Origin: the human T2T-CHM13v2.0 reference genome, Homo sapiens
Length of the DNA: 64,000 nucleotides
NCBI RefSeq assembly: GCF_009914755.1
Contig: NC_060928.1
Direction: 5' to 3' (one strand)
Shown: positions 48,525-64,000 of the stretch, piece after piece
How positions within the stretch are numbered: the stretch's first letter is position 1
Layout: each line of letters opens with the position of its first letter
Translations under genes and position numbers: made by a program
The notes under the pieces: model-generated
What the model saw: only the letters and a program-made list of their open reading frames with translations
Told to the model about the DNA's origin: nothing
Databases searched by the model: none

Positions 48525-49802
48525 CTAATGGACCAGCTGTGAGTCAAAAGTTATGGAATCTACAAACTCTGTAGGAATTTTCCACTGCCTCCTTACTTTC
48601 TTTCTGCCCGCCCTTCCTTCTTTCCTTCCTTCCTTCTTCTCTTTTGAGTAAAAAAGAGCTATGATTCTCCATACAGGTAACTCATAGAATATTTATTCTT
48701 GCCTTGTTTTCTAGAATGTGTTCCCAGATAGAAAGAGAAAGCTGTGGTTCCCTACTTGAGTTAGGACTCATTGGTTGCAAGTAACAGAAACACGCATACC
48801 TGAGAAAATGGATGAGTTTCAGCCATTTATTCAACAAATATTTATTAAGCATTCATTATATTCCAAGCACTCTTCTAAGCTCTGAGAGTATATCAGTGAA
48901 TAAAACATTTAAAAAAATGAACAAGAATATGAGAGAATCTCATAGAACCCAAAGATCAGAAAGCAGCAGGGCCTTCAGAGGGACAGAAACCAGGGACTGA
49001 GAAGCTGTCAGGAATCCAAACAGCAGCTCTAAGCCAGTCTCCATTCTGCTCACTCTGCCTTCTCTTAATTCTTAGTCTGCGTGGTGGATATAACAGGGTC
49101 ACCCACATAGCCTGAGTTTTCAACTTCTGTTCATGCACACAGTTCACACTGAACCACAGTCTCTCAGTTCCAATTCCAAAAACCTAGGCAAACGAATTGG
49201 AATCCACTGAGGTCAGGGACAGTCTTATCCCTGTGTTATAGGAGTCACTATGAGTGAAGCAGGGCACCTTGAATCAAAGGTTTCTACCTTGCAAGCCTTC
49301 CTGTCACTACTGCCCATCCATCGCCAGGTGTATTGACGCTTTTTAGACACTTTGCCCATCATCCATGCCAAAGCACCTGCCTACTGCCCCAGAGTTTAAA
49401 AGTTAACTCTACCTTGAAGAGCACATTTTTTAAAGCCCTGTAAGAATTGCCTGGGTCCAGATCATTTTGAACTTTTTCAAATCCCTCTTGTGCCCTCATG
49501 CGTATCTTTTTCCCATGCAGCCTTTTCCCTGTCTTCTAAATAATAAGAGAGAATCGAGGCTCAGTTAACATCAAACTCCCTTCTCACTTCAAACCAAGCC
49601 TTCAGAAGCCAACATCAGCACTAATCAATTTGGTTCCAAAGTACACATTGCAGTGTGGTTTGGGATATTCTTTTATGACCCTTATAAACTATAAGCCAAT
49701 TAGATACGGTTGTTGGTGATTCTTTTCCAAACCTCCTCTTTGTTTCAAACCAATAGGTGTTTTTCCATTCAGAGATATACTGAATTTCTGACCTGTGGCT
49801 AA

Positions 49803-49949
<147 letters not shown>

Positions 49950-51911
49950 TAATAGGATAGGACGTTTTGATCGTACTGTATACTAATAGAGTTTAACATT
50001 AGCCCGTGAGCAAACCATGTTTAGTGCTTACTATTCTAAGTGCTTCATTTATTCCTCCAATACATTTGTTCCTCAAAATAACCCTATATGGAGGAACTGT
50101 TGTTTGCTGCACTTTACAGGTAAGGAAGCTAATCAGAGAGAGACTAAGACCTTGACCAAAGTCAGGAATGTCTGGGTTGCAATTTAAAAGCCAAGTAGTA
50201 TGGCTTTTAGCCACTATATTATATGGTCTTTTAAAGTATAATATATTCTTAAAGCTTCGTGTTTATCGTCCCACTTGAATTTTTTTAGTGCACAACTCAT
50301 CTACTCCCAAAAAGGATTTGAGATATCTTGATAAAAGGCATTTCATTAGCAGGATATTACAATATAAGGAGAAAACAATGTGCTGGTAGGGAGGATACAT
50401 ATTTTATACATCCCATGGCTAATAGAGTTTTTGTAATTGAGTATTGACCTCAACTCTGAGCTTCTTGGCTGCCAGTACATTATTTATTTCTCTTTGAAAA
50501 CAAAATTTTAATTTAAATAAATATATTTTTCTGGTTTTAAATTTTTAAAGAAATTTCCTGTATTTGTTCTTATACAAAGAGAAAATATGATGGACAGTGT
50601 AGTGTCTTCCTGAGTGCAAATTTGTCATGATATTCTTCATGTTACCATTTCTTATATTCTCTCTTCATGAGAACTGAAGGTATAACATCAATATGTCTAA
50701 GATAATTTAGCAAAGGCATTTCATCTTGAAGGTGGAAGATAAGAAGATAGGGGAAGCCACAGGTAACAGAGTTTTCACATCATCCACTTCAGGTATTCTA
50801 AGGTGCAGTCCATGGCCATGAGGACCTTGCGATGGGCCATGAATTGGTCCACTTCACTGTTACTCCTAAAACCAGGAAGGTCTTCAGGCCTTTTGCCCCA
50901 CCCCAGTGGACCATGACCACAGTGTTAAGGGCCAGATATCTAACTTGACAGAGCTTAGGCTGCCTGGAAGAATGGATAGATTGCATTCCTCTAATTCCAT
51001 CTCTGTCAAATATCAGTTTGCTCAGGAAGGCTCTGGGAAGAAGTAGCAATGGCCAAATAAATGTTGACCTCTCTGGTAAGCCTGGAGAGCAGATTTTCTC
51101 TATTGCTTATTAAGGGGATGGCTATGCCTTGAGTACCACATATGCAGATGACAAATTTAACTAAATTCAAGTAGAGGCGCCTGTTTTGTTTTCTGAACAG
51201 GATGCTATCTCTTCACAAGGGTGAGGACAAGCACCTGCAGGCATCCTCTGTCCTTGGAAAAATGTTTGAACTTAGTGGCTATCAAAAGGATCTTGCCACT
51301 GGTGGCACTTAGAAGTGACATGCTTTCTAAGCCAAAAACTAAAAAGGAGGTTCTAAAAGATTGTTTTAATTGGAATAAGTCATGAAAAAGTAAATAATAT
51401 GGTCACTAAAATTATACAGCTCTTCTCGTGGTTTATATCATAAAACAGTCATGTGTCCTGGATGTTTCCAGTTTTAACCGCATCCAAACCACTCTGGTTT
51501 ATAATGAATTGGTGGTTCGAGGGTTCTAGTATAGATGGAGGACTTACTCTTTCATTAAACTTTTAAATATAAGTTCCTGCCACAGTAAACACAGAAATCA
51601 TCTGCTCTGTGGTAGCAGCTATAGGTGCTCTCTGTGCACACTTAAAGGTGCATCTCCCTGTAACTGCTCTAGCCCTGGTTGGTCAGACCATTTGCTGTTG
51701 TTTCTCATTCAGTGTCTGTACCTCATTTGACTTTGGGCTTTGTTGGACCCTCCCAAGGTTTTCTGTCCATGAACTGACAGCTCTCCCATTGAATTTACTA
51801 TCCAGCACCTTCTTAGGTGTCTTGCTATAATCTGACCTTTGCACACATGCAGCTTTGGTTCCAGTGGATGGTGCTCCAAGGCCTCCGGGTTTTGTCACCT
51901 GGTTCACATGT

Positions 51912-51930
51912 AACCAGTAGATGGCGCTGA
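51912..51930 (+). promoter_or_regulatory. CTCF motif (forward)
   Basis: AACCAGTAGATGGCGCTGA matches CCASYAGRKGGCRS exactly. Confidence 0.8.
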
Positions 51931-51942
51931 CTTTACTGCTTA

Positions 51943-52312
<370 letters not shown>

Positions 52313-52570
52313 TTAATCTGCGGCCTGTGCTTGTGTTTGGGGTTGCTCTTAAAGTTTCTCTGTGTCTGAGCCACCATGCAGATAATAAATACTGCATCTT
52401 GTTACTCTCACAACAATTTATAAATTGTGATGGTTCGCATCTGGCTCTGAGTAATCATTGATCCAGAAGAGCCTAGAGAGGTAAATTCCTGTAGGCCATC
52501 ATGAGCATTGTGCCAGTCACATGGTCACTGTGCCATGAAAAATAATATCCCGCTTTTTAAGTAGTAATGT

Positions 52571-52589
52571 CAGCACCATCTACTGGTTA
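52571..52589 (-). promoter_or_regulatory. CTCF motif (reverse), paralogous copy
   Basis: CAGCACCATCTACTGGTTA; the - strand reads TAACCAGTAGATGGTGCTG. Confidence 0.65.
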
Positions 52590-52847
52590 TATTTGAACCA
52601 AGTAACAAAACCTAGAGGCCTTGGAGCACAGTCCACTGGAACCAAATCTGCACGTATGCAAAGATCAGATTACAAAAGGACACCTAAGAAGATGCTGGAT
52701 AGTAAATTCAATGGGCGAGCTGTCAGTCCGTGGATGGAAAAACTTGCCACTTTTCTTCTAGGGTGAGTAAACACGTGGTTTCTCTGAGAGTGTATGACAT
52801 TTGCACATTCCTCATGCAATATCAGAATGAAGTTCAGTATACCCTCT

Positions 52848-53710
52848 TGTATTAGTTTCTGTTGCTATGTAAGGAATTACCACAGTTAAAGAGGCTGAAA
52901 ACAACATGCATTCATTATTTTACAGTTTCCGTGGGTCAAGAGTTCAGGTATGGGACAGCTGCTCATGTAAAATAATGTGAGCTTAACAGGCTAAAATCAG
53001 GGTGGCAGCCAGCTGTATTCTCATCTGAGGCTCACTTTTACCTGAGGCAGCATGGCCCTGGGGTTGACACTATGCTTGTACATAATGGAAGTTGTTCCTC
53101 GCTTGCCTCTCTCAATCCCAAGATAATGGCTCAACATAGACCACAGATCAGGAAGGCACCCATAACTTTAAAGTCTCTGGAGGATAGGGTGGTGCAGCTA
53201 GAAGGGGGCCCAGAGTCGAAGATGAGGCCAGTGGCTCTGCCAGCTGCTCAGCTGGCACCTCTGCTTTGAAGACGTCATCTTTCAGGGTCATTCACGTTGT
53301 TGGCAGAATTCAGATTTTGAAGTTGTAGGACTGAGGTCCCTGTTTTCCTGCTGATTATTGACCAGGGCTCACTTTCAGCTCTTAGAGGCTGCCCTCAGGT
53401 CCTCCTTCAAAGCCAGCAGGAAAATCTCTCTCATGCTTCAAATCGCTACCTTCAGGAAGGGCCCCTTTGTTTTAAAGACGCTCCTGATTAGTTCAGGCGC
53501 ACTAAGGATGATCTCTCTTTTGAGTCACTGAAATTCAACTGATCAAGGACCTTAATTACATGTGAAAATTCTCCCCATCATTGCTGGATAGAGTAACCTA
53601 ATCACAGGGGTGAAATCCCATCCTGTTTACACTCCGGCTCACACTCCAAAGGGAAGGGATCACATAGGGTGTATACATCTGGGGACAAGAATCTTGGGGC
53701 CATCTCTCAA
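52848..53710 (-). mobile_element. MLT1-type LTR sequence
   Basis: TGTATTAGTTTCTGTTGCT...GTTGTTGGCAGAATTCAG...GTTGTAGGACTGAGGTCCC...AATCTTGGGGCCATCT. Confidence 0.7.
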
Positions 53711-53712
53711 TA

Positions 53713-54035
53713 CGGTCATGCTTCACTTAACAATGGGAATACCTTCTGAGAAATGGGTCGTTGGGTGATTTAATCATTGTGCAAACCTCCAAAGTATACA
53801 CAGACCTACACAGCTAGGCTATGTGGTAAAGCCTATTGCGCCGAGGCTGCAAACATAGGACAGCTTATTACTGTACTGAATACTGTAGGCAATTGTAACA
53901 CAATAATAAGTATTTGTGTATTTCACACATCTAAACATAGAAAAGGCACAGGAAAAATACAGTATTATGATCTTATGGGACCACTGTCATAGATGTGGCC
54001 CGTCGTTGACCGTAAGTTTGTCATGTGGTGCATCC
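53713..54035. mobile_element. Tigger3a-like TcMar-Tigger element
   Basis: CGGTCATGCTTCACTTAACAATGGG...TTCTGAGAAATG...GTCGTTGACCG...TCATGTGGTGCAT. Confidence 0.75.
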
Positions 54036-55759
54036 CGCCTACCTTAATTCTCTTCTCGTCTCTGTTTGAGATCTTTGTCAGTTACACCACCAATTACAGA
54101 ACCTTAGTATTTTCTATGGTTCTGGCTACATGCTGGAATTTTGAAAAGCAAGGAAATCTTGGCATTTTTCTCTTGTTTGCATACAAAATGGCAAAGGGTA
54201 CATGAGGAAAGTCATTAAAATTTTGAAATATTGATGCTCATTCTAAAAGTCCCTTTGGAGAAATTTTAGAGCTGTCTTTAGAAAAGCAGGTACTAAAATT
54301 GTTCATCACCACTGATCATCACTACCCACCTCCTCCCCCCAAAATGAATGCAATAGAAGTATAACTGAAAACCCTGCCTAAATTGCTCTTACTGCATATT
54401 TTGGAGATTTCTGATGAGGACATGCTGTGACTTTATGTAGTAATAGTAGTTAAAACAAAAGCAATGTATATTTCAAAATTGGACAAGTGTCTTTGTAGAC
54501 CTGTACAGAACTAAAGCATGTAGCCTAACAGGAGGCTGAAGTCATGGGTTCCCAGGCTGGAAACAAGCACTGGTGGTTGGGAGTTTGACTGCTGAAAGGT
54601 AAGAGGGATCATAAGTTGCCCACACATGGAGCCAGGCTCACAGCCTGAAACAGGTTGGAATGGGGCTCAAAGATCTGTGAACAGAGAATTTAAAGTATGT
54701 GTGCCTTCCTGATCTGTGGTCTATGTTGAGCCACTATCTTGGGATTGAGAGAGGCAAGCGAGGCACAATTTCTGCTATGTACAGGCATAGTGTCAACCCC
54801 AGGGCTTTACAGCATTAGCAGTTTATTATCATCAGGCAAAGAAACTTATTGGAAAACAGATCATTCACAGTAGTAGACAAGCTTTGAAGATTTATAAATT
54901 GCCTGTGGAAAGTAACGAAAGAAAATAACCACATGTTCAATTGCAATTGATGTCTACTCAGAAACCTCATGTATACCCCCAGGGTAATTCCAGCTGCAGA
55001 CAGGGGTGCAAAACATATAGACATTAACAAAACACAGAGCTGTCAATTGAGCACTAGAAATGGAAACCATTACCTCTAACAGTTGTTGAAAAACTGCAGT
55101 TAGAATAGTTAGAACTGTTGAGAGTTGGCAGGAGAATAACAGGAGAATAGAAACAATTGAAAAATGGTAATCTCTTGGAATGAGCACTGTACCATGAGTC
55201 ATAAGACCTGAGACCTGGTCCTGAATGCTGCTAACTTGTGATCACAAGGCACTGTTACTAACTAGCTACACTGTGCCCTTAACCTAAGACTCAGGTTCTT
55301 TGTATGGAAAAACGTGGGTGAAAAAACTGGAGAAATTCTAAGGTCTCTTCCAACTTCCAGAATATGTTGATACCATATCCTGTGTCTATGCATAGAAGGA
55401 GAAAGATATTTGTGCCCACTGTGCTAAGTGGAAAAATACAGAAAATTAATTGAAATTATGTCTACTCTATTTTTATATTTTATCTTTTGCCTCAATACTC
55501 TTTCACTCTGAGGTTAAGGGAAAATGAGAAAAAGTGACCTTCCTAATGCTTATACAAAATCAAACATTTTTCAGCCAACAATTATTTTGGAGAGGACTTA
55601 ACTCTTGCATTAGGCTCAACTACAGCTACACTGTCATCACATTCTTAGAAGATTTGATCACCTGTCACCCATGCCTTTGGACAAGTTTGTGAAATGAAGT
55701 AAGCTTGGTTATTATTTCCAGGCAGACACAAGAATAGAAAACATTTTAGAAAAGAGGGT

Positions 55760-56078
<319 letters not shown>

Positions 56079-56967
56079 TTATAGACCTGACTTGCTTCCA
56101 AAATGTATTACTAGGCTAAGAGTGATAGACCAGTAGTCAAAATGAAAGTCAACAATGCTAAAACATGTATAAGTATACAAAAGGAAGAGCTCTATAGTAG
56201 AATACAGTAATTTATTTCTAGATACCACCAAAGGCTTAAATGTTTATTTGAAATTCTAGTTTTGACAGTTTTATGAGTTTAAACATCTTATGCAAGAGTA
56301 CCTGAGGTTGGGGGTTGGTGTGTACGGAATGTACCTGATATGTATATTTACTTTTTCCAAAATTATCATTGTTCCCCTTACTCATCCTCTCCCAAGGTAC
56401 ATAGTTTTTTCCTTCTGCACATTTTAATGAAACTCTTCTAGCAGCCCGGTCAGAAATGACAGTGTTTATTACAGAGAATGGCAAACTTGTCAAAATGATA
56501 CTAGGATGAGAAATCATCACCGTATAAATCACTGTCGATAGCGCATGGATTCATTTTTGAAGGTGACATTGCTGATGATCTGAAATTTCTCAAGGAACAT
56601 TGAGACAAAGAGAATAGGAATAATGCTTAGAGTTTGTCCATCGTCCTTTAGATTCTATGAATAAAACACAGGGGTTAATGAGTTTCTGTTGGACTTCTGG
56701 GCAAATATCATCAGTTCAGTAACACTTCTTGTCTATTTTGAGCCTAAAGGGAAGTAAGCATCTGATTACAGAGTGGACATCAACCATCATATGGAGAGGA
56801 AAGACTATTCCAAAGGAAGGTTGATTGGCTCCCTTTTTGCTGCGCTATAGTTCGCTTTGGTTGAGCATGGCAGTATCAACTTGTGCTTTTCTGAACAATT
56901 GCTCTTCACAACTTTTTATAATATCTTGAACTCATCTATAGAAGAGTCTGAAACACAGTCAGTACTT

Positions 56968-57091
56968 TATATATATGAGTAATATATATGTTATATATAT
57001 GTTATATATTTATATGTTATATATTATATATGTAATATATATGTTATATATGTAGTATAAGTTTCATATATATGTTATATATATATATATA
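56968..57091. repeat. (TA)n-rich simple repeat
   Basis: Degenerate TATATATG(T) units. Confidence 0.92.
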
Positions 57092-58139
57092 GACAGATAC
57101 AGATATATCTATCTCCATTCAGTGGAATACTATGCAGCCATTAAAAAGACCAAGGTAGATCAGTTTTCTAGGTTGGATGCCCAGCAGAGGGATGAGTCAG
57201 AAATTGTGTGCTGGAGTTTTACTGTGAAGTGCTTTCTGGAACAAGCTTTGCAAGAGAGCAAAGGATTGGGAAGCAAAACTAAGCCAAGGGAGAAGCTGAA
57301 CTGCAGTGTCGTTACAGCAGAGGTCTTAACCTATCCCATTGGGAGCTTGGGGTTTGGGATGACTCTTAGGAGATGTCTTCCATTAATCCACAGCACCGGG
57401 CCTTTATATCAACAGCTCCCTCATTGACCAGTCACTATAGTATAGTCTTGGTGGAACCAACTCCCTTTGGTCAAGGGCAATTCAAAGGGAGGCATTTATT
57501 TAGTTGAGCGCTGTCAGTAGACAACACTCCCAGAATCAAGGAGAATGAGCACTGTGATTCCAGGCAGCACATAGCACACAGCACTATCTGTGTGTGCTGA
57601 GACTTCAACTGTGAACTGCCAAATGGGAAAAGCCAGGTCCAGAAGACTTATATTTAGGTAAATATGCTTTTATATTCTTGAAAGGAATCACAAGAAATAA
57701 TTAGAACTGTTATCTTTAGAAGGAAGTCTTTCAAAAGCTCCAAGCATTGCTTTTTTTAGAAGTCACTCCTATATCAGAGCAAATACATTAGAATGTACCC
57801 ACATTTTTCATTAAATTTCCTACACACACACACATATGTAACTATGTAGGAGTTGAATTTCTTTGAATGATAATAGACCAGCTGATCCAATATTACATTT
57901 TGAATACATTTAAGTAAATATTAATTACTATCTAATTTGCAATTTTTTTTTCTTTTAAAGCCAACAGTTTTTGCAGGCCTTACTTATTTCCACAGGACCT
58001 TATAAGCTCATACACTCTATTGCTTATTACGTTACTGGAATCTATCTAAGCAGAAAGAGGCTGGCCCACCTTCTGTTATCTATGTTTCTATACTCTTTGG
58101 ACTTGCTAATATTATGAAATTTTTATTTTTTAAATCTGC

Positions 58140-59010
58140 ACATGAAAACATGCTCAACACCACTAATCATTAGGGAAATGCTAATCAAAACTATGATGAG
58201 ATACTACCTCACACCCATTAGAATGACGTTTTGAAAATTTTTTTACCACTAATATTTCAGTATAAGAATGACGATTATTTTAAAAAAAAAAACAGAAAAT
58301 AAGCGTTGGTGAGGATGCGGAGAAACTGGAACCCTTGTGTGCTCTTGGTGGGGTTATAAAATGGTACAGCTGCTGTGGAAGACAGTACAACAGTTCCTCA
58401 AAAAACTAAAAACAGAATTACCATATGATCCACCAATTCCACTTCTGATTATATTTCCAAAAGAATTAAAGGCAGGGTCCCAGGGAGATATTTGTACACC
58501 CATGATCATAGCAGCATTATTCACAATAGCTAAAACACAGAAGCAACCACAGTGTCTGTCGACAGATGAATGGAAAAGCAAAATGTGGTCTTTACATACA
58601 AGGGAATATTATTCAGATTTTAAAAAGAAGGAAATTCTGACATATGTTACAACATGGATGAACCTTGAGGACATTATGCTAAGTGAAATGAGCCAGTCAC
58701 AAAAAGACAAATACCGTGTGATTCCACTTCTGTGGGGCACTTAGAAATAGTCAAAATCATAGAGATTTGAGAACGTTCTGACTACTGGAATGTAGAATGA
58801 TGGTTGCCAGGGGCTGGTAAAAGAGGAGAGTGGGGAGTTATTGTTTAAATGGGTATAGAGTTTCTATTTTATACAAGGGAAAAAGTTCTGGAGATGGATG
58901 GTGGTGATGGTTGCATAATATTGTGAAGGTATTTGGTATCTCTGAACTATTCAGGTAGGAAAAGTTAAGGTGGTAAAATGCATGTCATGTGCATTTTACC
59001 ACAAAAAAAA
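58140..59010 (+). mobile_element. L1MB-type 3' end
   Basis: ORF ...LLWKTVQQFLKKLKTELPYDPPIPLL...WMNLEDIMLSE followed by the L1MB 3'UTR (TGGTTGCCAGGGGCTGG...GTTCTGGAGATGGATGGTGGTGATGGTTGCA). Confidence 0.9.
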
Positions 59011-59342
59011 ATGGAGTAAAAATTCAACCAGATATATCAGAGATATGATATTATGGGATTTTTAAAAGTCTCTTTTTAATACATTCATTTTTTGAAAAAG
59101 AAGGAAAAAGAGAAAGTTAAAATAAGAAAAAGAAGGAAATATTGTCTTAAAAAATAAAACAAGCTAAAAGGGAGAAACTTTCCTGATGAGTTAGCGTGGG
59201 CCCTTCTCGTGATCCTTTAGCATATGGGACCAATAGGAAGTAGCCATTGAGCTATCCAGTCATCCAGGGTGCTGCAGAGAACTGCTGTTGCTTCCCTGAG
59301 TTACCACTTGGTCAGAGAGAACTTCCCAGCATATTCTCTTGT

Positions 59343-59673
<331 letters not shown>

Positions 59674-60134
59674 TGATTATTTCAAATAGCCAGCAGTTAT
59701 TTCATCTTTCCAGAAAGAGGAGAGACTTCCCTTCAATGGCTTTTTGATCCTGGTGGAATTCACAAGAAGAGAGCTTCATAAGATCACAGTGCTTTGCGGG
59801 AAGAAAAAGATCAAAGTGGATGTGTAAGATAGCCCTACACAGTGTCTTGAGAATACAGCCTGCACAGCACAGGGATGATCCTAAAAACACTAAGCTATGC
59901 CATCACTAGACACAGTTGACAGGGAGAGGGTTAGTGTCAGGTTTCACCCTGGAGGTGATCTTCACCTTGTTCTTTGGTCAAGGTAAGGTAAGTCAAGTGC
60001 ATTTTAGAATAAAACAATGTTTTAAAAAGTAGGAAGCTCCAAACCAAGGATCTGATTTCCAAGGAGTTACAGAAATGGGATTAAAATGACATTTAATCAA
60101 CTATAAATGACACATAAAACTTTCTTAACATAAC

Positions 60135-60385
60135 ATAGTGATTACACATGTGGGTTCTAGAGTCAGAAGGACTGAGTTGGAATCCTGCCTTTGTCACTGA
60201 TTGGCTTTAGGACCTTGGGAAAGTGATTTCACCTCACCAGGTCTCAGTTTTCTCAGTTGTGAAATGAGTATACTAATATCCCTTACCTCATAAGATCATT
60301 GAGAAGATTAAATGAGATAATGTACTGTACTAAAAGTATTTAGTACAGTGTTAGGACATAGTAAGTGCTCAATAAATGTCGGCCA
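60135..60385. mobile_element. MIR (a second, opposite MIR follows at ~60410-60560)
   Basis: CTCAGTTTTCTCAGTTGTGAAATG...GATTAAATGAGATAATG...ATAGTAAGTGCTCAATAAATG. Confidence 0.78.
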
Positions 60386-63165
60386 TAGCAGAGATTTCAC
60401 ATGTTTCTTCTCAATAATCTCGCAAAACTCTGAGAGGTAATCCTCCTTTCAGAGAATGCACAGCCGCAGAGACTCAGAGAGGTTAAGCAGCTCACCAGCA
60501 TTACACAGCTCATAAATGATGGGAGCAGAAATCCTCCACAAGACTCCTGACTCCTAAGTTTAAGGTATTTTCCATTTGAGTATAGATGGTAAATTAAATA
60601 CCAGCCAATCATTCAGCATTTATTTTAAAATGATACATTATCGAAGCATTTGTACGACATTCTCATCTTCTTTGCAGCACTCACCTTCTATTGCAGTGAG
60701 CCAAAGAGTAGAGGATATTCCATCTTTAGAACCATGGAGTTTAGAGGGGTTTCAGATTTTGGGGATACTTGGGGTTTGGGATGACACATGAAGAAATTAA
60801 TCCATGAACTGTACCCTATAGTATTATTCATATTTGTTGTTTTTCTCTTATTAGTAGGTCCCAGTCAGTACCTCTGGAGATGAAATCACTCCCAATCAAA
60901 AGGCAACAGTGACTTCATATTATTATTTTCTTGTTCTGGACACTAGATGTCACACTAAGTAAAGTTTTAGAGGTTACTCTTTAGAGTAAGGTGTGGCACA
61001 GTGTCTAAAACCTTAGCTATGAAAAATTATAGCTCATACATAAATATAAAGCTGAACTTTATATTTATTTTTTGTTTCTTTTTTTTTGTAAAGCTGAACT
61101 TTATATTTCTGGTAGAATGCAGTAAAAGGGTACTTTCCCTAACAAAAAATTCAGAAAAAGAATTGTTAATAAGAAAATGTAGTTGGAACAGCAGCCTATT
61201 TTGATGTCTGTTAAATAGATAGATCCCATTTACATGCACATAAAATCGTATTTCCTTCTAGTAACAAAGTGATTTTTCTAGAGGCAGCTCGTGTATACAT
61301 ATCTGTGATCGTTTATGTTCTGAGATGGCGAGAAGCCATTCTTCCTGCAAAAGGAACCAGACATTATCCTAACCTGCAAGGGACGGAGAAGGTGAAAGAA
61401 GAGATACTGAATATGAGTTTCATTATCTCCTGAAACAGTCTCAGGGAAGGATGTGTGATCATCTTTCTTGAGTGGCTTAAGCAAAGAAGACAGAGAAGAT
61501 GGTGCCTCCCAGCCTCCTTGACCTCATTTTTTTCCTTGATTTTGGCTCTCAGAAATCTAGACGAGAATCATAGGTTGAGATTTGGAGGCACATTATTTCC
61601 TTTTGGAAAATGCATATATATATTTTTAATGGCAGGGAAGTTGGACTCAGTATGTAAAAGAGTAAGATATTCTATCCTCTAACTTAAATGTGTTATTGAA
61701 ACTTCAATAAGTTTCCATTGAAATGCTTGAAATTCATTGGACGCTAGAGATAATTAATTCAAGCCTTAACAGTCGCAATACACCTTTATTTTTTCAAGTA
61801 ACTCAGTAATTAATTTGAACTGTGTCTAATGATCTGCACATGACTATAAACACGTATTTCTATATGTGATTACAGTTGTAAATAATGTTTACGTTTCAGG
61901 GTTTTCTAGGTAGTGTATAAGGACAGGTGATTTCCATTGGACATAATTCCTTCTACATTTGTCAAATATCAGTGCCTTGTTAATGCTAAGATCACTAGGA
62001 TAAATAAGGTTACAACTGCTAAAATGCTACTCTTTAGGTTTGGGAGTCATCCATGTGTTCCCCTTTCTTATTCAGGAAATGGGCAATTGGTTATTTTAAC
62101 AGTGCCTTCTAAGACTAGGTGGTTCTAGTTAGCTCTCAAATTCTGTTGGGACTTGGGACGGTTTTCCTCATATTACTGCCTTGTGTTTTAGCAACCTGAG
62201 GTCACCCAGGTCCCGAGAGAAATCTTTCATTTTCTCCGTGAGTGCTCGGGGGATGGGGAGTTCTGTGATGATGGCAGCCTGTGCTGTTTCTCCTTCAAGA
62301 AGTCAGACAGCCACTTTGGACCATCCGTAGGCTATTCATTCCTTCAACAGTTTGACAACTCAGAAAAGCTATAGCTCATCGTGAAGGCCTCAAAGGGAGG
62401 AAAATCTCTCCAGAATAAAATGTAGACAAGACTATGTCCGTATCAGGTCAAAGGTTGGGGTTTTTCCCTGTGGGTAGGAAGGTCAGCTCTGTATTTACCA
62501 AATAGTTATTGAATAACCGCTCTGCCTGGCTCAGGGAACAAGGGTATTATCCCTGCTTAGATGGAGTAAAACCTGTGCTCTTCGCCTGCCTGACTGCTGT
62601 TAAGGTTGATTTATATCATTATTAAGACAACTGTCGGGGCTGTTGGGTGGCCTTCCTGGTTTCTCCACTGACTTGCCTTTTGATTTTTGGATGTCAGCTC
62701 CAGGACCTTCACTCTCCATGCCTAAAGGAAGGCCTAATGCTTTAAAGAAACATTCTGAGGCTCAGGTGATTTCAATCCAACCAATATTAATTGATCATCT
62801 GCAATGTGCTAAGCCTGCAAGGAATCAAAAAAATGAATGAAGAATATCTTCCATAAGGAGCTTACAAAAGAGTAAAGAGGATGAGACAGGTACACTATAC
62901 AAAGACTGTGTTGAGCTTAGAATTCCAGGTTGATAGCTAGGTGGTGTGAGAAGCAAAAGCAAACAGTGAAGCATCCGGGAGCACTTTACCTACGTGTATC
63001 TCATTTGCACGTCACAATAACTCAATGAGGAAACTGAGTCACAGAGAGGCTAGGTAACTTCTCCAAGGTCATTCAACCAGGCAGGGGTGAAACTGAGCTC
63101 ATATTGGAACCCACATCTCAGGGAGCAGGGATTCCTCTTTCTTTCAGTCAGGATGTACTTCTACA

Positions 63166-63535
<370 letters not shown>

Positions 63536-63550
63536 CTAATGTATCCATGA

Positions 63551-63691
<141 letters not shown>

Positions 63692-63783
63692 TGATGTGTC
63701 TCCTCTGGGTGTTCTTGGACTTTATTACACCATGTGCATAATCAGAGGTTTTCCAAGTTCAGATCAGCGACGTGAACTCTTAA

Positions 63784-63984
<201 letters not shown>

Positions 63985-64000
63985 TGACCTAGATACATCA

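Noticed and set aside
51294-51308. TGCCACTGGTGGCAC as another CTCF site
   Set aside because: One base short of the core spacing; it is a short imperfect palindrome.

Overview
Human genomic DNA (a human-specific AluYb8-type insertion is present). I recognise it as the chr4p14 interval between the TLR10/TLR1/TLR6 cluster and FAM114A1. On the + strand, a CpG-island promoter (~25.6-26.7 kb) drives FAM114A1 (NOXP20). The window holds two non-coding exons, intronic MIR574 and four coding exons that splice in frame to give the N-terminal 219 aa; the gene continues past the window end. The left ~15 kb is probably the first intron of a - strand TLR6 (possibly also TLR1) transcript with a short first exon near 14.9 kb. 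That assignment rests on one strong donor plus recalled locus layout, as no TLR coding sequence is in the window. The rest is mostly repeats: a full-length decayed L1PA3/4-type element with TSDs, about 28 Alus, L2/MIR, MaLR LTRs and DNA transposons. I see no evidence of a wholly new biological system. The best leads are (i) an L1 antisense ORF0 that stays open for 171 codons into flanking DNA, keeps both splice donors and points toward TLR6; (ii) a ~200-bp inverted duplication in FAM114A1 intron 4 that creates a convergent CTCF-motif pair; and (iii) a strong-Kozak uORF in FAM114A1 exon 2. Repeat subfamily names and boundaries are by eye.
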